Positions 6,708-14,744 of a stretch of DNA of 25,217 nt are shown here, piece after piece. Each line of letters starts with the position of its first letter. The stretch's first letter is position 1. The DNA comes from an uncultured Dehalococcoidia bacterium (lineage in GTDB: Bacteria; Chloroflexota; Dehalococcoidia; DSTF01; JACRBR01): NCBI GenBank assembly GCA_964487335.1, contig CAZAPT010000040.1, positions 1 to 25,217 of the forward strand, written 5' to 3'. A program made the translations under genes and the position numbers. A model generated the notes under the pieces. It was not told the DNA's origin. It saw nothing but the letters and a program-made list of their open reading frames with translations, and ran no database searches.

Positions 6708-8612
6708 TCAGGCCCGCCTCGCGATCGCCTTCGTCACTTCGATGCCTGCAAGGTTGAACTGCCCGACGGCTTCGACCTGCTTGTCGTACGCCTCCGCCGT
6801 CGCGGCCCCCACGGCCTGGATCCGCTTCCCCTCAGCCTCGCCTTCGACCTCCACTGCGCGTGCCCGGCCCTCCGCTTCGATGATCGTCTTCTGCTTCGTC
6901 TGCTCCGCCACCTGCACGCCGATCTGCGCGGCGACGAGATCGATCTGGCGGTCCGCCTTGGCGCGCGTGTTCTCCGTCGCGATGCGCTCCTGCTCCGATT
7001 TCTGCTGCTCGATGAACATCGCCTGCTGCTGCGCCGCGATAACGCGCTTGGTCTGGATCTCCATCAGCTCCTGGGGGAGGATGATCTGCGAGATCAGCAC
7101 CGATACGCACTCGACGTGGTACTTCGTCAGCTCTTCCTGCGTCCGCTGCTCCGCCTTCGTCTGCTCGAGCGCGCGATCCTGCATGAAGTTCATCGCTTCC
7201 GTGGACGACGCCTGGTTCCGGAACGATGAGTCGATCATCGGGTGGATCACGTGGTCGATGAGGTTCTCGATCGAGCCGATCTTCGCGACCATCAACGGCG
7301 CCTGGTCGGGGCGCACGCGGATCACGACCTTCACGCTGACGCGCATCTCGAAGCCGTCGCGGCTGATGACCGCCAGCGGATTGAAGAGCTGCGCGCGCTG
7401 CAGCGTGCCCGTAGCCACGGCGCCGGGCGTGCGGTTGCGGTCGCTGTTGTCGTCGCTGATGTCCTCTTCGGCCCAGTCGATGGTCAGGTTCGTCGTCGGG
7501 ATGATGTACGCGATGTACGCCCAGCGGTTCAGGTAGTACACGCCTGGCCCTGCCACGTCCGCCTGGATCCCGCGATATCCCGCGGGCACGACGTACCTCT
7601 CCTGTGCCTCCGCGAGGCGCTCCTCGTGCGGCGCGGTCTCGGGCTCCTTCCCGACGTTCGACACCAGCACGGCGACCTCGCCGCGCTGCACCACCGCAAC
7701 GTCGTCGAGCTTCACGTCGAACATCAGCGGGTTGATGTAGTACGTCCCCGGCTTTAGCAGGTCGTACTGCGGGCCGCGCTCACCGCCGCTCGCCAGGAAC
7801 GCCGACGCATCCTGGAAGTCGTTGTGCGCCTCGACGTGGATGGCCACCAGCTCAGACTGCGGCAGCGGGGCGCCGTCCTTCGCGGTCACGAGGCCCACCT
7901 GGTTCGCGTGCACGATCGTCGCGGGCTGCACCTCCACACTGAACAGGTCGCTGTTGATGCGGTACCGGCCAGGCAGGATCACCTCGATCTGCGGGCCGCG
8001 CTGCCCGCCGTGCGCGACGAACGCCTCGCCGTCCTGGAAGGCGTTGTGCCCGTCCACCTTGCGCGCGAGCAGTCGGCCCGCCGCCATCGGCTCGCCGTCG
8101 CGCGCGCTCACGACGCCGACCTGGCCCTGCGCGATGATCAGCGCCGGCTCCGTCCGCACCCGGAACAGGTACGTGTTCACGCGATACTTCCCGGGCGGCA
8201 GCGTGTCGACCTGCGGCCCCTTCTGGCCGCCGTTGCGGAGGTACGCCTCGCCGTCCTGGAACGTGTCGTGCATATCGACATGCCGCCCAAAGATGTGGCC
8301 GGCTGGGAGCGGCTCACCGTCGATCGACTCCACGAGCCCGACCTGGTCCTCGGCGACGACGATCATGTCGTCCTTCCGCACGCGATACAGGAACGGCGGC
8401 AGCACGTGCAGCCCGGGCTGCAGCACCCGCGCCTGGATGCCGATCTCGCCGCGCATCGCGACGACGCGCGCCTCCGGCAGCGGCCGCCCTATATACCGCC
8501 GCTCGATGATGCCAACCTGCTGCCCGCCGATGTTCACCAGCACGCCCGCGAACAGCAGAAGAAGCACAATTACGATGACGACGACGAGGGCGGCGATGAG
8601 AGCGATGAGCAT
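6708..8612 (-). CDS. Flotillin-like SPFH/band-7 family membrane protein with an expanded N-terminal array of about five tandem repeats of roughly 70 aa
   Basis: N-terminal TM MLIALIAALVVVIVIVLLLLFAGVLV. Five repeats of the pattern QVGxV...DGEPLP...VDxHxxFQDGEAFxxxGGQRGPQ..LPGxYRIN..LF.V, each resembling the first beta-segment of an SPFH domain. The C-terminal 250 aa (VIRVRPDQAPLMVAKIGSIENL...EQTKAEQRTQEEL...EAEGRARAVEVEGEAEGKR) resembles the flotillin (FloT/YqiK) core and its EA-rich coiled coil. The start is chosen at ATG 8612 (AAAGG 8 nt upstream); the track start 8837 would add 75 aa of low-complexity sequence overlapping the divergent HAD gene. Confidence 0.8.
   Translation of the reverse strand: MLIALIAALVVVIVIVLLLLFAGVLVNIGGQQVGIIERRYIGRPLPEARVVAMRGEIGIQARVLQPGLHVLPPFLYRVRKDDMIVVAEDQVGLVESIDGEPLPAGHIFGRHVDMHDTFQDGEAYLRNGGQKGPQVDTLPPGKYRVNTYLFRVRTEPALIIAQGQVGVVSARDGEPMAAGRLLARKVDGHNAFQDGEAFVAHGGQRGPQIEVILPGRYRINSDLFSVEVQPATIVHANQVGLVTAKDGAPLPQSELVAIHVEAHNDFQDASAFLASGGERGPQYDLLKPGTYYINPLMFDVKLDDVAVVQRGEVAVLVSNVGKEPETAPHEERLAEAQERYVVPAGYRGIQADVAGPGVYYLNRWAYIAYIIPTTNLTIDWAEEDISDDNSDRNRTPGAVATGTLQRAQLFNPLAVISRDGFEMRVSVKVVIRVRPDQAPLMVAKIGSIENLIDHVIHPMIDSSFRNQASSTEAMNFMQDRALEQTKAEQRTQEELTKYHVECVSVLISQIILPQELMEIQTKRVIAAQQQAMFIEQQKSEQERIATENTRAKADRQIDLVAAQIGVQVAEQTKQKTIIEAEGRARAVEVEGEAEGKRIQAVGAATAEAYDKQVEAVGQFNLAGIEVTKAIARRA
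7475..8528. repeat. Intragenic tandem repeats (about 5 copies of roughly 210 bp, diverged) encoding the SPFH-N-terminal-like units of the flotillin-like protein
   Basis: Protein-level repeat alignment: VAEDQVGLVESIDGEPLPAG... / AQGQVGVVSARDGEPMAAG... / HANQVGLVTAKDGAPLPQS... / QRGEVAVLVSNVGKEPETA..., plus a more diverged first copy QQVGIIERRYIGRPLPEA... Confidence 0.6.
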
Positions 8613-8789
8613 GGCATCGGCCTTTCCGGGGAAACGAAGGACTTCGGCGATCGCGACAATAGCACCTGCTCGCGCGCCCCGTCCAGACATTCGCATGCGC
8701 CCGACGCGAGCCGCTCGTAACTGGCTGCAACGCTGGACCTGAGGATGCCGCTGGTAGCCCCAACCAGACTGCCGCGATATCCTCGGCTT

Positions 8790-9626
8790 ATGGCGATCAC
8801 CGCCGTCCTCTTCGACCTCGGCGACACCCTCTGGCACTTCCCGAAGATGCCTCCCGCGCAGGAGATCCGCACCGAGACAATGCGCCGCGTCGGCGGAGCG
8901 CTGAGGCAGTGGGGCATCCCGCTCGAAGGCGACCTCCGCTTTCTCGGCCGCGACATTCGCTTCGGCGTCGAAGCCGCCGACCGTGCCGCGTACGAGTCGG
9001 ACTGCGTCAGCCCGGACTTCAACGCCGTCGTGCGCGACATCGCCAACGCCAAGGGCCTGAGCCTGACGTACGAACAGGGCGCCGAGCTATGGGACGCCTG
9101 GAACCTCGGCGGGAAGATGCTCGGCCGCACGATGTTCGCCGACGCCTTCACCGTGCTCGATTGGCTGCGCGACCACGGCTACCGTATCGGCTGCGTGACC
9201 AACCGGGTGTTCGGCGGGCCGCGCTTCGTCGAGGAGATGCGCGAGATCGGCCTCGACCGCTACTTCGAGGTCACGGCCGTCTCGTGCGACCTCGGATACA
9301 TGAAGCCGCACCCGCGCATCTTCGAGTGGACCTTCGAGCAGATGAAGATCGACCCGCGTGAGACGGCCATGGTTGGCGACTCGCTGCGCGCCGACGTCGA
9401 GGGCGCGCAGGCCGTCGGCCTCACCACGATCCTGCGGAAGGTCCGCAAGCCCGACAAGCCGCACGAGCCCGAGCAGGTCGGCGAGGTTCCCGCTGACACC
9501 CCGGCTACCCGCGCCGACACCGGCCGCGCGCTCGGCGATTACACGGGCGGCGAAGGCGCCACGCCGGACTACACGATCTACGCCCTCACGGAGCTCACCG
9601 AGCTGCCGATCTTCGCCAAGAGCTGA
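8790..9626 (+). CDS. HAD-superfamily hydrolase/phosphatase
   Basis: Motif I AVLFDLGDTLW immediately after the chosen ATG 8790 (the track start 8745 has GAGG directly abutting the ATG, an implausible spacing). Motif IV is MVGDSLRADVEGA. Stop TGA at 9624-9626. Confidence 0.8.
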   Translation: MAITAVLFDLGDTLWHFPKMPPAQEIRTETMRRVGGALRQWGIPLEGDLRFLGRDIRFGVEAADRAAYESDCVSPDFNAVVRDIANAKGLSLTYEQGAELWDAWNLGGKMLGRTMFADAFTVLDWLRDHGYRIGCVTNRVFGGPRFVEEMREIGLDRYFEVTAVSCDLGYMKPHPRIFEWTFEQMKIDPRETAMVGDSLRADVEGAQAVGLTTILRKVRKPDKPHEPEQVGEVPADTPATRADTGRALGDYTGGEGATPDYTIYALTELTELPIFAKS

Positions 9627-9627
9627 C

Positions 9628-11313
9628 GTGAACTACCCGTGGCTAGTCATCGGGGCGCTCGGCACCGCCGCGATCGCCGGCACGTTCGCGCGAGCGACGA
9701 AGCAGTACGCGATAGCAGCCGTCGCCGGCGGCACCGTCATCCTCTACCTGCACGGCTGGCTCTACTTCCACTACACGAGCGACGACGCCTACATCTCCTA
9801 CCGCTATGCCCGTAACCTCTCTGATGGCCTCGGCCTCGTCTGGAATCCGGGCGTCCACGTCGAGGGCTACTCGAACTTCTCGTGGGTCGTTGTTCTCGCC
9901 GGGCTGCACAAGCTTGGCGCGAACATCGTCCTGACCGGCCGGTGGCTCGGCTTCACGCTTGCGGCGATCTCCGGCGTCCTCGTCTACGTCCTCTCCACGC
10001 GCATCCTCGAAGGCACACCCGGCCGCGTCGCAGGGCTCGTGGCGGCGTTGCTCCTGTCTTCGGCCGGCGCGTGGGCAGCGTGGGCGCCCGCGGGCATGGA
10101 GACCGGCCTCTTCGCGACGCTCATCCTCGTCGCCGTCCTGCTGCACGTCGAAGAGCAACGCGGCACGCGGATTCCGACATCCGGAGTCGTGTGGGGCTTC
10201 GCCGTGCTCACGCGCCCTGACGGCGGTGTCCTCCTCGCCGTCTCCGGCGCGGCGAAACTGATCGAGGCGGTCGTGCGCCTGCGTGGGAGCGATCCGGATC
10301 GCACGCGCCATGCCGCCAACGAGGTGCTGCGCCTCATGGTGTGGTCCGCAGGCTTCGCGATCGTCTTCGCCCCGTACTTCGCGTGGCGATACCAGGAGTA
10401 CGGCTGGTTGTTCCCCAACACCTACTACGCGAAAGTGGGCTCCGGCCTCGAGCAGTACGATCGAGGCCTACACCACTTCCTCTCGTTTGCGCAGGAGCAC
10501 GCTGCGTGGCTGCTGCTGCTCACGCCGCTCGCCGTCGCCATCACCAACATCCGCCGCGGCGCTGCGCTGTACGTCCTCGCGCTGACCGTCGCGTGGTTCG
10601 CGTACATCGTGTACATCGGCGGCGATTCGCTGGCGCGCTACCGGATGTTCGCTCCGGTCATGCCGCTCCTGTACGTCGGCATTGCGACGTCGGGCGCGGC
10701 CCTCGTGTCAACGTTCTCGACGTTCGAACATCGCGCGCATCCGCGGATCGCCGAGGCCGCTTTGGGCGTCGTCGTGCTCGGCCTCATGGCGTTCACGCTG
10801 CAGGCGTCCGGCACCGACTTCGGACTGCCGCCCGAGCGCGACGCCGTCACCGATCGGCTCGAGATGGGCCGCTGGCTGCGCGACAACGTGCCGCCCGACT
10901 CGGCGATCGCCGTCATTCCCGCGGGCGCGATGCCGTACGAATCGCGCCTCGTCACCATCGACATGCTCGGCCTCAACGACGAGCACATTGCCCATCGGGA
11001 CTTGACGCTCGGCAAGCTCGGCGCCGGACACGAGAAGTACGACTCCCAATACGTGCTCGACCGCCAGCCTGATATGATCATCCTCGCGGACGATTTGACG
11101 CCGGTGCCGTGGGCGCGCGCCGACTACGCGCCTCTCTACGGCGGTCTGATTCCGGCGCGTATCGACATGCTCTCGCAGGACCGCCTGTGGCGGGAGTACA
11201 CCCCGCGGAGCGTGCAGATCCGGGAAGGCAAGTGGTTCAATCTTCTCGTCCGCCTCGACGCAAGCGCGGTGCTCGCGAAGACGCAGGCGCCGGAGACGGC
11301 AGCGCCACGGTAG
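9628..11313 (+). CDS. Polytopic integral membrane protein, putative GT-C-fold glycosyltransferase (ArnT/PMT-like), with a C-terminal extracytoplasmic domain
   Basis: More than 10 predicted TM helices. The first-loop acidic motif HYTSDDAYISYRYARNL is typical of GT-C lipid-linked sugar transferases. The soluble C-terminal part is IDMLGLNDEHIAHRDLTLGKLGAGHEKYD. The start is chosen at GTG 9628, 1 nt after the HAD stop and followed at once by the first TM segment. The upstream portion of the track ORF from 9358 is Arg/Pro-rich out-of-frame overlap with the HAD gene. Confidence 0.65.
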   Translation: MNYPWLVIGALGTAAIAGTFARATKQYAIAAVAGGTVILYLHGWLYFHYTSDDAYISYRYARNLSDGLGLVWNPGVHVEGYSNFSWVVVLAGLHKLGANIVLTGRWLGFTLAAISGVLVYVLSTRILEGTPGRVAGLVAALLLSSAGAWAAWAPAGMETGLFATLILVAVLLHVEEQRGTRIPTSGVVWGFAVLTRPDGGVLLAVSGAAKLIEAVVRLRGSDPDRTRHAANEVLRLMVWSAGFAIVFAPYFAWRYQEYGWLFPNTYYAKVGSGLEQYDRGLHHFLSFAQEHAAWLLLLTPLAVAITNIRRGAALYVLALTVAWFAYIVYIGGDSLARYRMFAPVMPLLYVGIATSGAALVSTFSTFEHRAHPRIAEAALGVVVLGLMAFTLQASGTDFGLPPERDAVTDRLEMGRWLRDNVPPDSAIAVIPAGAMPYESRLVTIDMLGLNDEHIAHRDLTLGKLGAGHEKYDSQYVLDRQPDMIILADDLTPVPWARADYAPLYGGLIPARIDMLSQDRLWREYTPRSVQIREGKWFNLLVRLDASAVLAKTQAPETAAPR

Positions 11314-12737
11314 AAGGCGCGTCGAAGCAATGGGGCGGCCGTTTCGCCGAAGGCACTAACGCCGCGGTCGAGGCCTATACGACATCCGTCGGCGTCGATG
11401 AGCGCATGCTCGCCGAAGACATCCGCGCGTCGATCGCCCACGCCCGCATGCTCGGCCGGCAGCGCATCATCCCCCCGGAAGACGCCGACCGCATCGTCCG
11501 TGCGCTGCTCGAAACGCTCGACGAGTACGACCGCGGCGAGTGGCAGCTCCGCGCCGACCTGGAGGACGTCCACACCAACGTCGAAGCGCGGCTGCGCGAG
11601 AAGATTGGCGACGTGGCAGGGAAGCTGCACACGGCCCGCTCCCGCAACGACCAGGTCGCGACCGACCTGCGCCTGTACGTCCTGCGGTCCTCCACCGCCG
11701 CGATGATGCAGGTGATCGCGCTCCAGCGCGTCCTCCTCGGTATCGCGGAAGCCAACATCGATGCGATCATGCCCGGCTACACGCATCTCCAGCGCGGCCA
11801 GCCGGTGCTGTTCTCGCACCACCTGCTCGCGTACGTAGAGATGCTCCAGCGCGACGTGCAGCGCCTGCTGTACACGATCGCGTCAGCCGACTCACTGCCG
11901 CTGGGCAGCGGCGCCCTCGCGGGCGTGCCGTATCCGGTCGATCGCGAGTTCGTCGCCGAAGAGCTGGACATGTCGCGCATCAGCGCCAACAGCATCGATG
12001 CCGTCTCCGACCGAGACTTCGTCGTGGACTACGTCTACGCCGGCGCGATGATCATGGTGCACATCTCCCGGCTCGCCGAAGAGCTGATCCTGTGGTCGAG
12101 CGCGGAGTTCGGCTTCATCACACTCCCCGATGCGTTCGCCACCGGCTCCAGCATCATGCCGCAGAAGAAGAACCCCGACGTCGCGGAGCTGGCGCGAGGC
12201 CGCACGGGACGCGCCGTCGGCGAGTTGATGGCTGTGCTGACGATGCTGAAGGGCCTCCCGCTCTCCTACAACCGCGATCTGCAGGAAGACAAGTCCGCGC
12301 TGTTCGACACCGAGAACGCGGTCATCTCCACGCTCGACATCATGGCATCGATGCTCCCGCACGTCCGGATCGACCGCGACCGGATGCTCGCCGCAGCCGT
12401 CGCGAACCACTCCCTGGCCACGGACTACGCGGACTACCTCGTGCGCAAAGGCGCGGCGTTCCGCGACGCGCACGAAGCGGTGGGAAAGCTCGTCCGCCGC
12501 GCAGAGGAGCGCAATGTCGATCTCTCCGCGCTCTCGCTCGAAGACCTGCGCTCGGCGTCGCCTCTATTCGCCGAAGACGCGCTCTCGATCGATGCGCAGT
12601 CCTCCGTCGCTTCCCGCGACGTGCCGGGCGGCACTGCGCCGAACCGTGTGCGCGATGCCATTACTGCAGATCGCCAGCGGATCGATGACTTCCTCGCGAG
12701 CGTCGCGGAAGATGAGGACGAAGATGAACCGGACTAA
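11232..12737 (+). CDS. argH: Argininosuccinate lyase
   Basis: Conserved N-terminus KQWGGRFAEGTNAAVEAYTTS, signature GSSIMPQKKNPD, full-length fumarate-lyase fold. The start is uncertain: no ATG/GTG/TTG lies in frame between 11235 and the WGGRF motif at 11331. GTG 11232 (GGAAGG Shine-Dalgarno) is the nearest and overlaps the upstream gene by 82 nt. The track ORF begins at GTG 11109. Confidence 0.85.
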   Translation: MVQSSRPPRRKRGAREDAGAGDGSATVEGASKQWGGRFAEGTNAAVEAYTTSVGVDERMLAEDIRASIAHARMLGRQRIIPPEDADRIVRALLETLDEYDRGEWQLRADLEDVHTNVEARLREKIGDVAGKLHTARSRNDQVATDLRLYVLRSSTAAMMQVIALQRVLLGIAEANIDAIMPGYTHLQRGQPVLFSHHLLAYVEMLQRDVQRLLYTIASADSLPLGSGALAGVPYPVDREFVAEELDMSRISANSIDAVSDRDFVVDYVYAGAMIMVHISRLAEELILWSSAEFGFITLPDAFATGSSIMPQKKNPDVAELARGRTGRAVGELMAVLTMLKGLPLSYNRDLQEDKSALFDTENAVISTLDIMASMLPHVRIDRDRMLAAAVANHSLATDYADYLVRKGAAFRDAHEAVGKLVRRAEERNVDLSALSLEDLRSASPLFAEDALSIDAQSSVASRDVPGGTAPNRVRDAITADRQRIDDFLASVAEDEDEDEPD

Positions 12738-13419
12738 CGGGGGCTCGAACATCAAGCTCGCGCCATCGATCCTGACGGCAGACTTCGGCATGCTCGCGGA
12801 GCAGATTCGGGCGGCCGAGCGAGGCGGCGCCGACTACATCCACCTCGACGTCATGGATGGCCACTTCGTCCCGCCGATCACTTTCGGACCGCTCGTCGTC
12901 GAAGCCGTCCGCCGCGCGACTTCGCTTCCGCTCGACATCCACCTGATGATCGAGCAGCCGGAGCAGCAGCTCGAAGCCTTCGCGAAGGCCGGTGGCGACA
13001 TCATCAACTTCCACGTCGAAGCCACGGCGCACGCCGACCGCCTCCTCCGCAGCATCCAGGCGATGGGCAAGCGCGCCGGCATCGTCCTCAATCCCGGCAC
13101 GCCGCTCGATGCCATCGAGGAGGCGGTCGAGATCTGCGACCAGGTCATGCTGATGGCCGTGAACCCCGGATGGGGCGGCCAGCCGTTCATCCGCTCGACG
13201 ATTGGCAAGATCGTGCGGCTGCGCGAGATGCTGGATCGGCGCGGCCTGTCCGCGGATGTCGAGGTCGACGGCGGAGTGAAGACCAACAACATCGCGTCTT
13301 GCGTGTCCGCCGGCGCCAACGTCCTCGTCTGCGGCTCGTCGGTCTATAACGCCGACGCCTCGCCCGAGGACAACCTGCGTGCTCTCCGCGACGCCCTCGC
13401 CCAGGTCACTGTCCGCTGA
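12724..13419 (+). CDS. rpe: Ribulose-phosphate 3-epimerase
   Basis: MNRTNGGSNIKLAPSILTADFGMLAEQI...HLDVMDGHFVPPITFGP...DGGV. ATG 12724 with GAGGA Shine-Dalgarno, and a 14-nt overlap with the argH stop (12735-12737). The upstream part of track ORF 12514.. is out-of-frame read-through of argH. Confidence 0.9.
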   Translation: MNRTNGGSNIKLAPSILTADFGMLAEQIRAAERGGADYIHLDVMDGHFVPPITFGPLVVEAVRRATSLPLDIHLMIEQPEQQLEAFAKAGGDIINFHVEATAHADRLLRSIQAMGKRAGIVLNPGTPLDAIEEAVEICDQVMLMAVNPGWGGQPFIRSTIGKIVRLREMLDRRGLSADVEVDGGVKTNNIASCVSAGANVLVCGSSVYNADASPEDNLRALRDALAQVTVR

Positions 13420-14641
13420 GCGCAGCGTCGAGGTCTGCCTCCGACGTGAACTGCCGCGCCGTCTCGACGAATTGCCGCAGCGTCGGTGACTTAGCACGCA
13501 ACTGTTCGAACTTCGGCCCGATCGGATCGATCGACCCCGCGCTGTCCGCGTACGACCCGTAGAACGCGAAGTACGCCTGGTTGATCTTGCGGATGTAATA
13601 GCCGTTCGCCGCCAGGAACTCGCGCTTCTGCTCCATCGCCTGCTCCGCTTCGTCGACCTTCCCCTGCGCGAGCAGGTCCTCCACCTGGCGTCGCAGGCCG
13701 CGCATCTCGGCCGTGAAGTCGATCGCGGGCGCCGGCGATCCGCTTTGCAGGGACGTGAGCGCCGCCGAGTTGTTCTGGAGCGGGTACTCCTTGTACAGCA
13801 TGTCGCCCAGCTCCCGGCCCACCATGTTCGCGAGCGTCTCGTTGAGCGTGGTCAGCTTCGCGCTGTCGAAGTACCGCCGCCCCAGCGGCGCGAAATACAG
13901 GTAGTGGTGCGTCCACTCGTGCGCGATGTCCTGCAGGACGAAGTGATAATCGGACGATTCCGGGATGATCGCCGGATACATCGCGATTCCGCCGATCTCT
14001 ACCACCAGCGCCGACGTGTTCCCGTCACTCTCCGCTGCCGACTCGATCTGCTGCACCCGCTCGATCGGCAGGTCGCCCTCGATGAGCGACTCGCTCTCCT
14101 TCTTGATCTCCGTCCGCGGCGACTTCACCAGCACTGATGGCGGGTTCTGGAACTCGATGTTCACCGGCGGCCACACCACGTCGCCGCCGAAGCTCCGCGT
14201 CAGCCCTGCCTCTTTGATCACGTGCGTCAGCCGCCCTTCGAGGATGACCTGCACCGTGTTCTGCAGGCCGGCCCGCTCGTCGCGCAGGCCCGGCAGGTCG
14301 GCACGCGCCGCCGCCACCGCCGCCGGATCGCCCGTTGGGTCGCCGGCGGTCTGCTCGTCGTCCGCGATCAGCTTGTTGAGCTCGAAGTACCGCGAGACCT
14401 TCGCGTCTTCCTGTGCGCGGCTCAACTTCCCGCGAAACGGCTCCATCGCCAGATATCCGAACTTCAGCCATGCGTGCCGGACGACGAAGCCCGGCGAGTT
14501 GTAGTCGTTCGGCCCGTCCGGCAGCGGCATCGCCATTGCGGCCCCGCTGGAGGCGGCGAAGGCGAACACAAGGACCGCGGCGACAATGAGGTGCGGGAGG
14601 AAGCGGCTTCGGGGCATCTCGATCCGGAAGAGTTCTCCCAT
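13406..14641 (-). CDS. Secreted/exported HEXXH-motif protein, putative zinc metallopeptidase of an uncharacterised family
   Basis: N-terminal signal-like hydrophobic segment LPHLIVAAVLVFAFAASSGAAMA, followed by the HEXXH motif IAHEWTHHYLYF. The start could be ATG 14641 or 14617; neither has a clear Shine-Dalgarno. The 3' end overlaps the rpe 3' end by 14 nt (convergent). Confidence 0.65.
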   Translation of the reverse strand: MGELFRIEMPRSRFLPHLIVAAVLVFAFAASSGAAMAMPLPDGPNDYNSPGFVVRHAWLKFGYLAMEPFRGKLSRAQEDAKVSRYFELNKLIADDEQTAGDPTGDPAAVAAARADLPGLRDERAGLQNTVQVILEGRLTHVIKEAGLTRSFGGDVVWPPVNIEFQNPPSVLVKSPRTEIKKESESLIEGDLPIERVQQIESAAESDGNTSALVVEIGGIAMYPAIIPESSDYHFVLQDIAHEWTHHYLYFAPLGRRYFDSAKLTTLNETLANMVGRELGDMLYKEYPLQNNSAALTSLQSGSPAPAIDFTAEMRGLRRQVEDLLAQGKVDEAEQAMEQKREFLAANGYYIRKINQAYFAFYGSYADSAGSIDPIGPKFEQLRAKSPTLRQFVETARQFTSEADLDAALSGQ

Positions 14642-14744
14642 CCAGTCTAGCGATACGCCTGCCTTCGTTTATGTGACGAAGTCGATATGCGTTGCGATAC
14701 ACTGCGCTCGAACCCCTCATCCTCGTGGCGTGCAGGGAGGACAC

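Noticed and set aside
7822-8742. + strand ORFs 7822..8742 and 7824..8720 (about 300 aa)
   Set aside because: Antisense to the flotillin-like gene repeat region; the repetitiveness comes from the sense-strand repeats.
9358-9627. N-terminal 90 aa of track ORF 9358..11313 (MRRPWLATRCAPTSRARRPS...)
   Set aside because: It overlaps the HAD gene in another frame and is Arg/Pro/Ser-rich with no hydrophobic character. The membrane protein most plausibly starts at GTG 9628.
11540-12688. 382-aa + ORF and minus ORFs 11136..11822 and 11892..12473 inside argH
   Set aside because: Arg/His/Asp-rich alternative-frame translations of argH with no recognisable motifs.
13406-13419. 14-nt convergent overlap between the rpe 3' end and the HEXXH gene 3' end as a regulatory feature
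   Set aside because: Short 3'-3' overlaps are common in compact genomes. There is no associated structure and nothing to suggest function.
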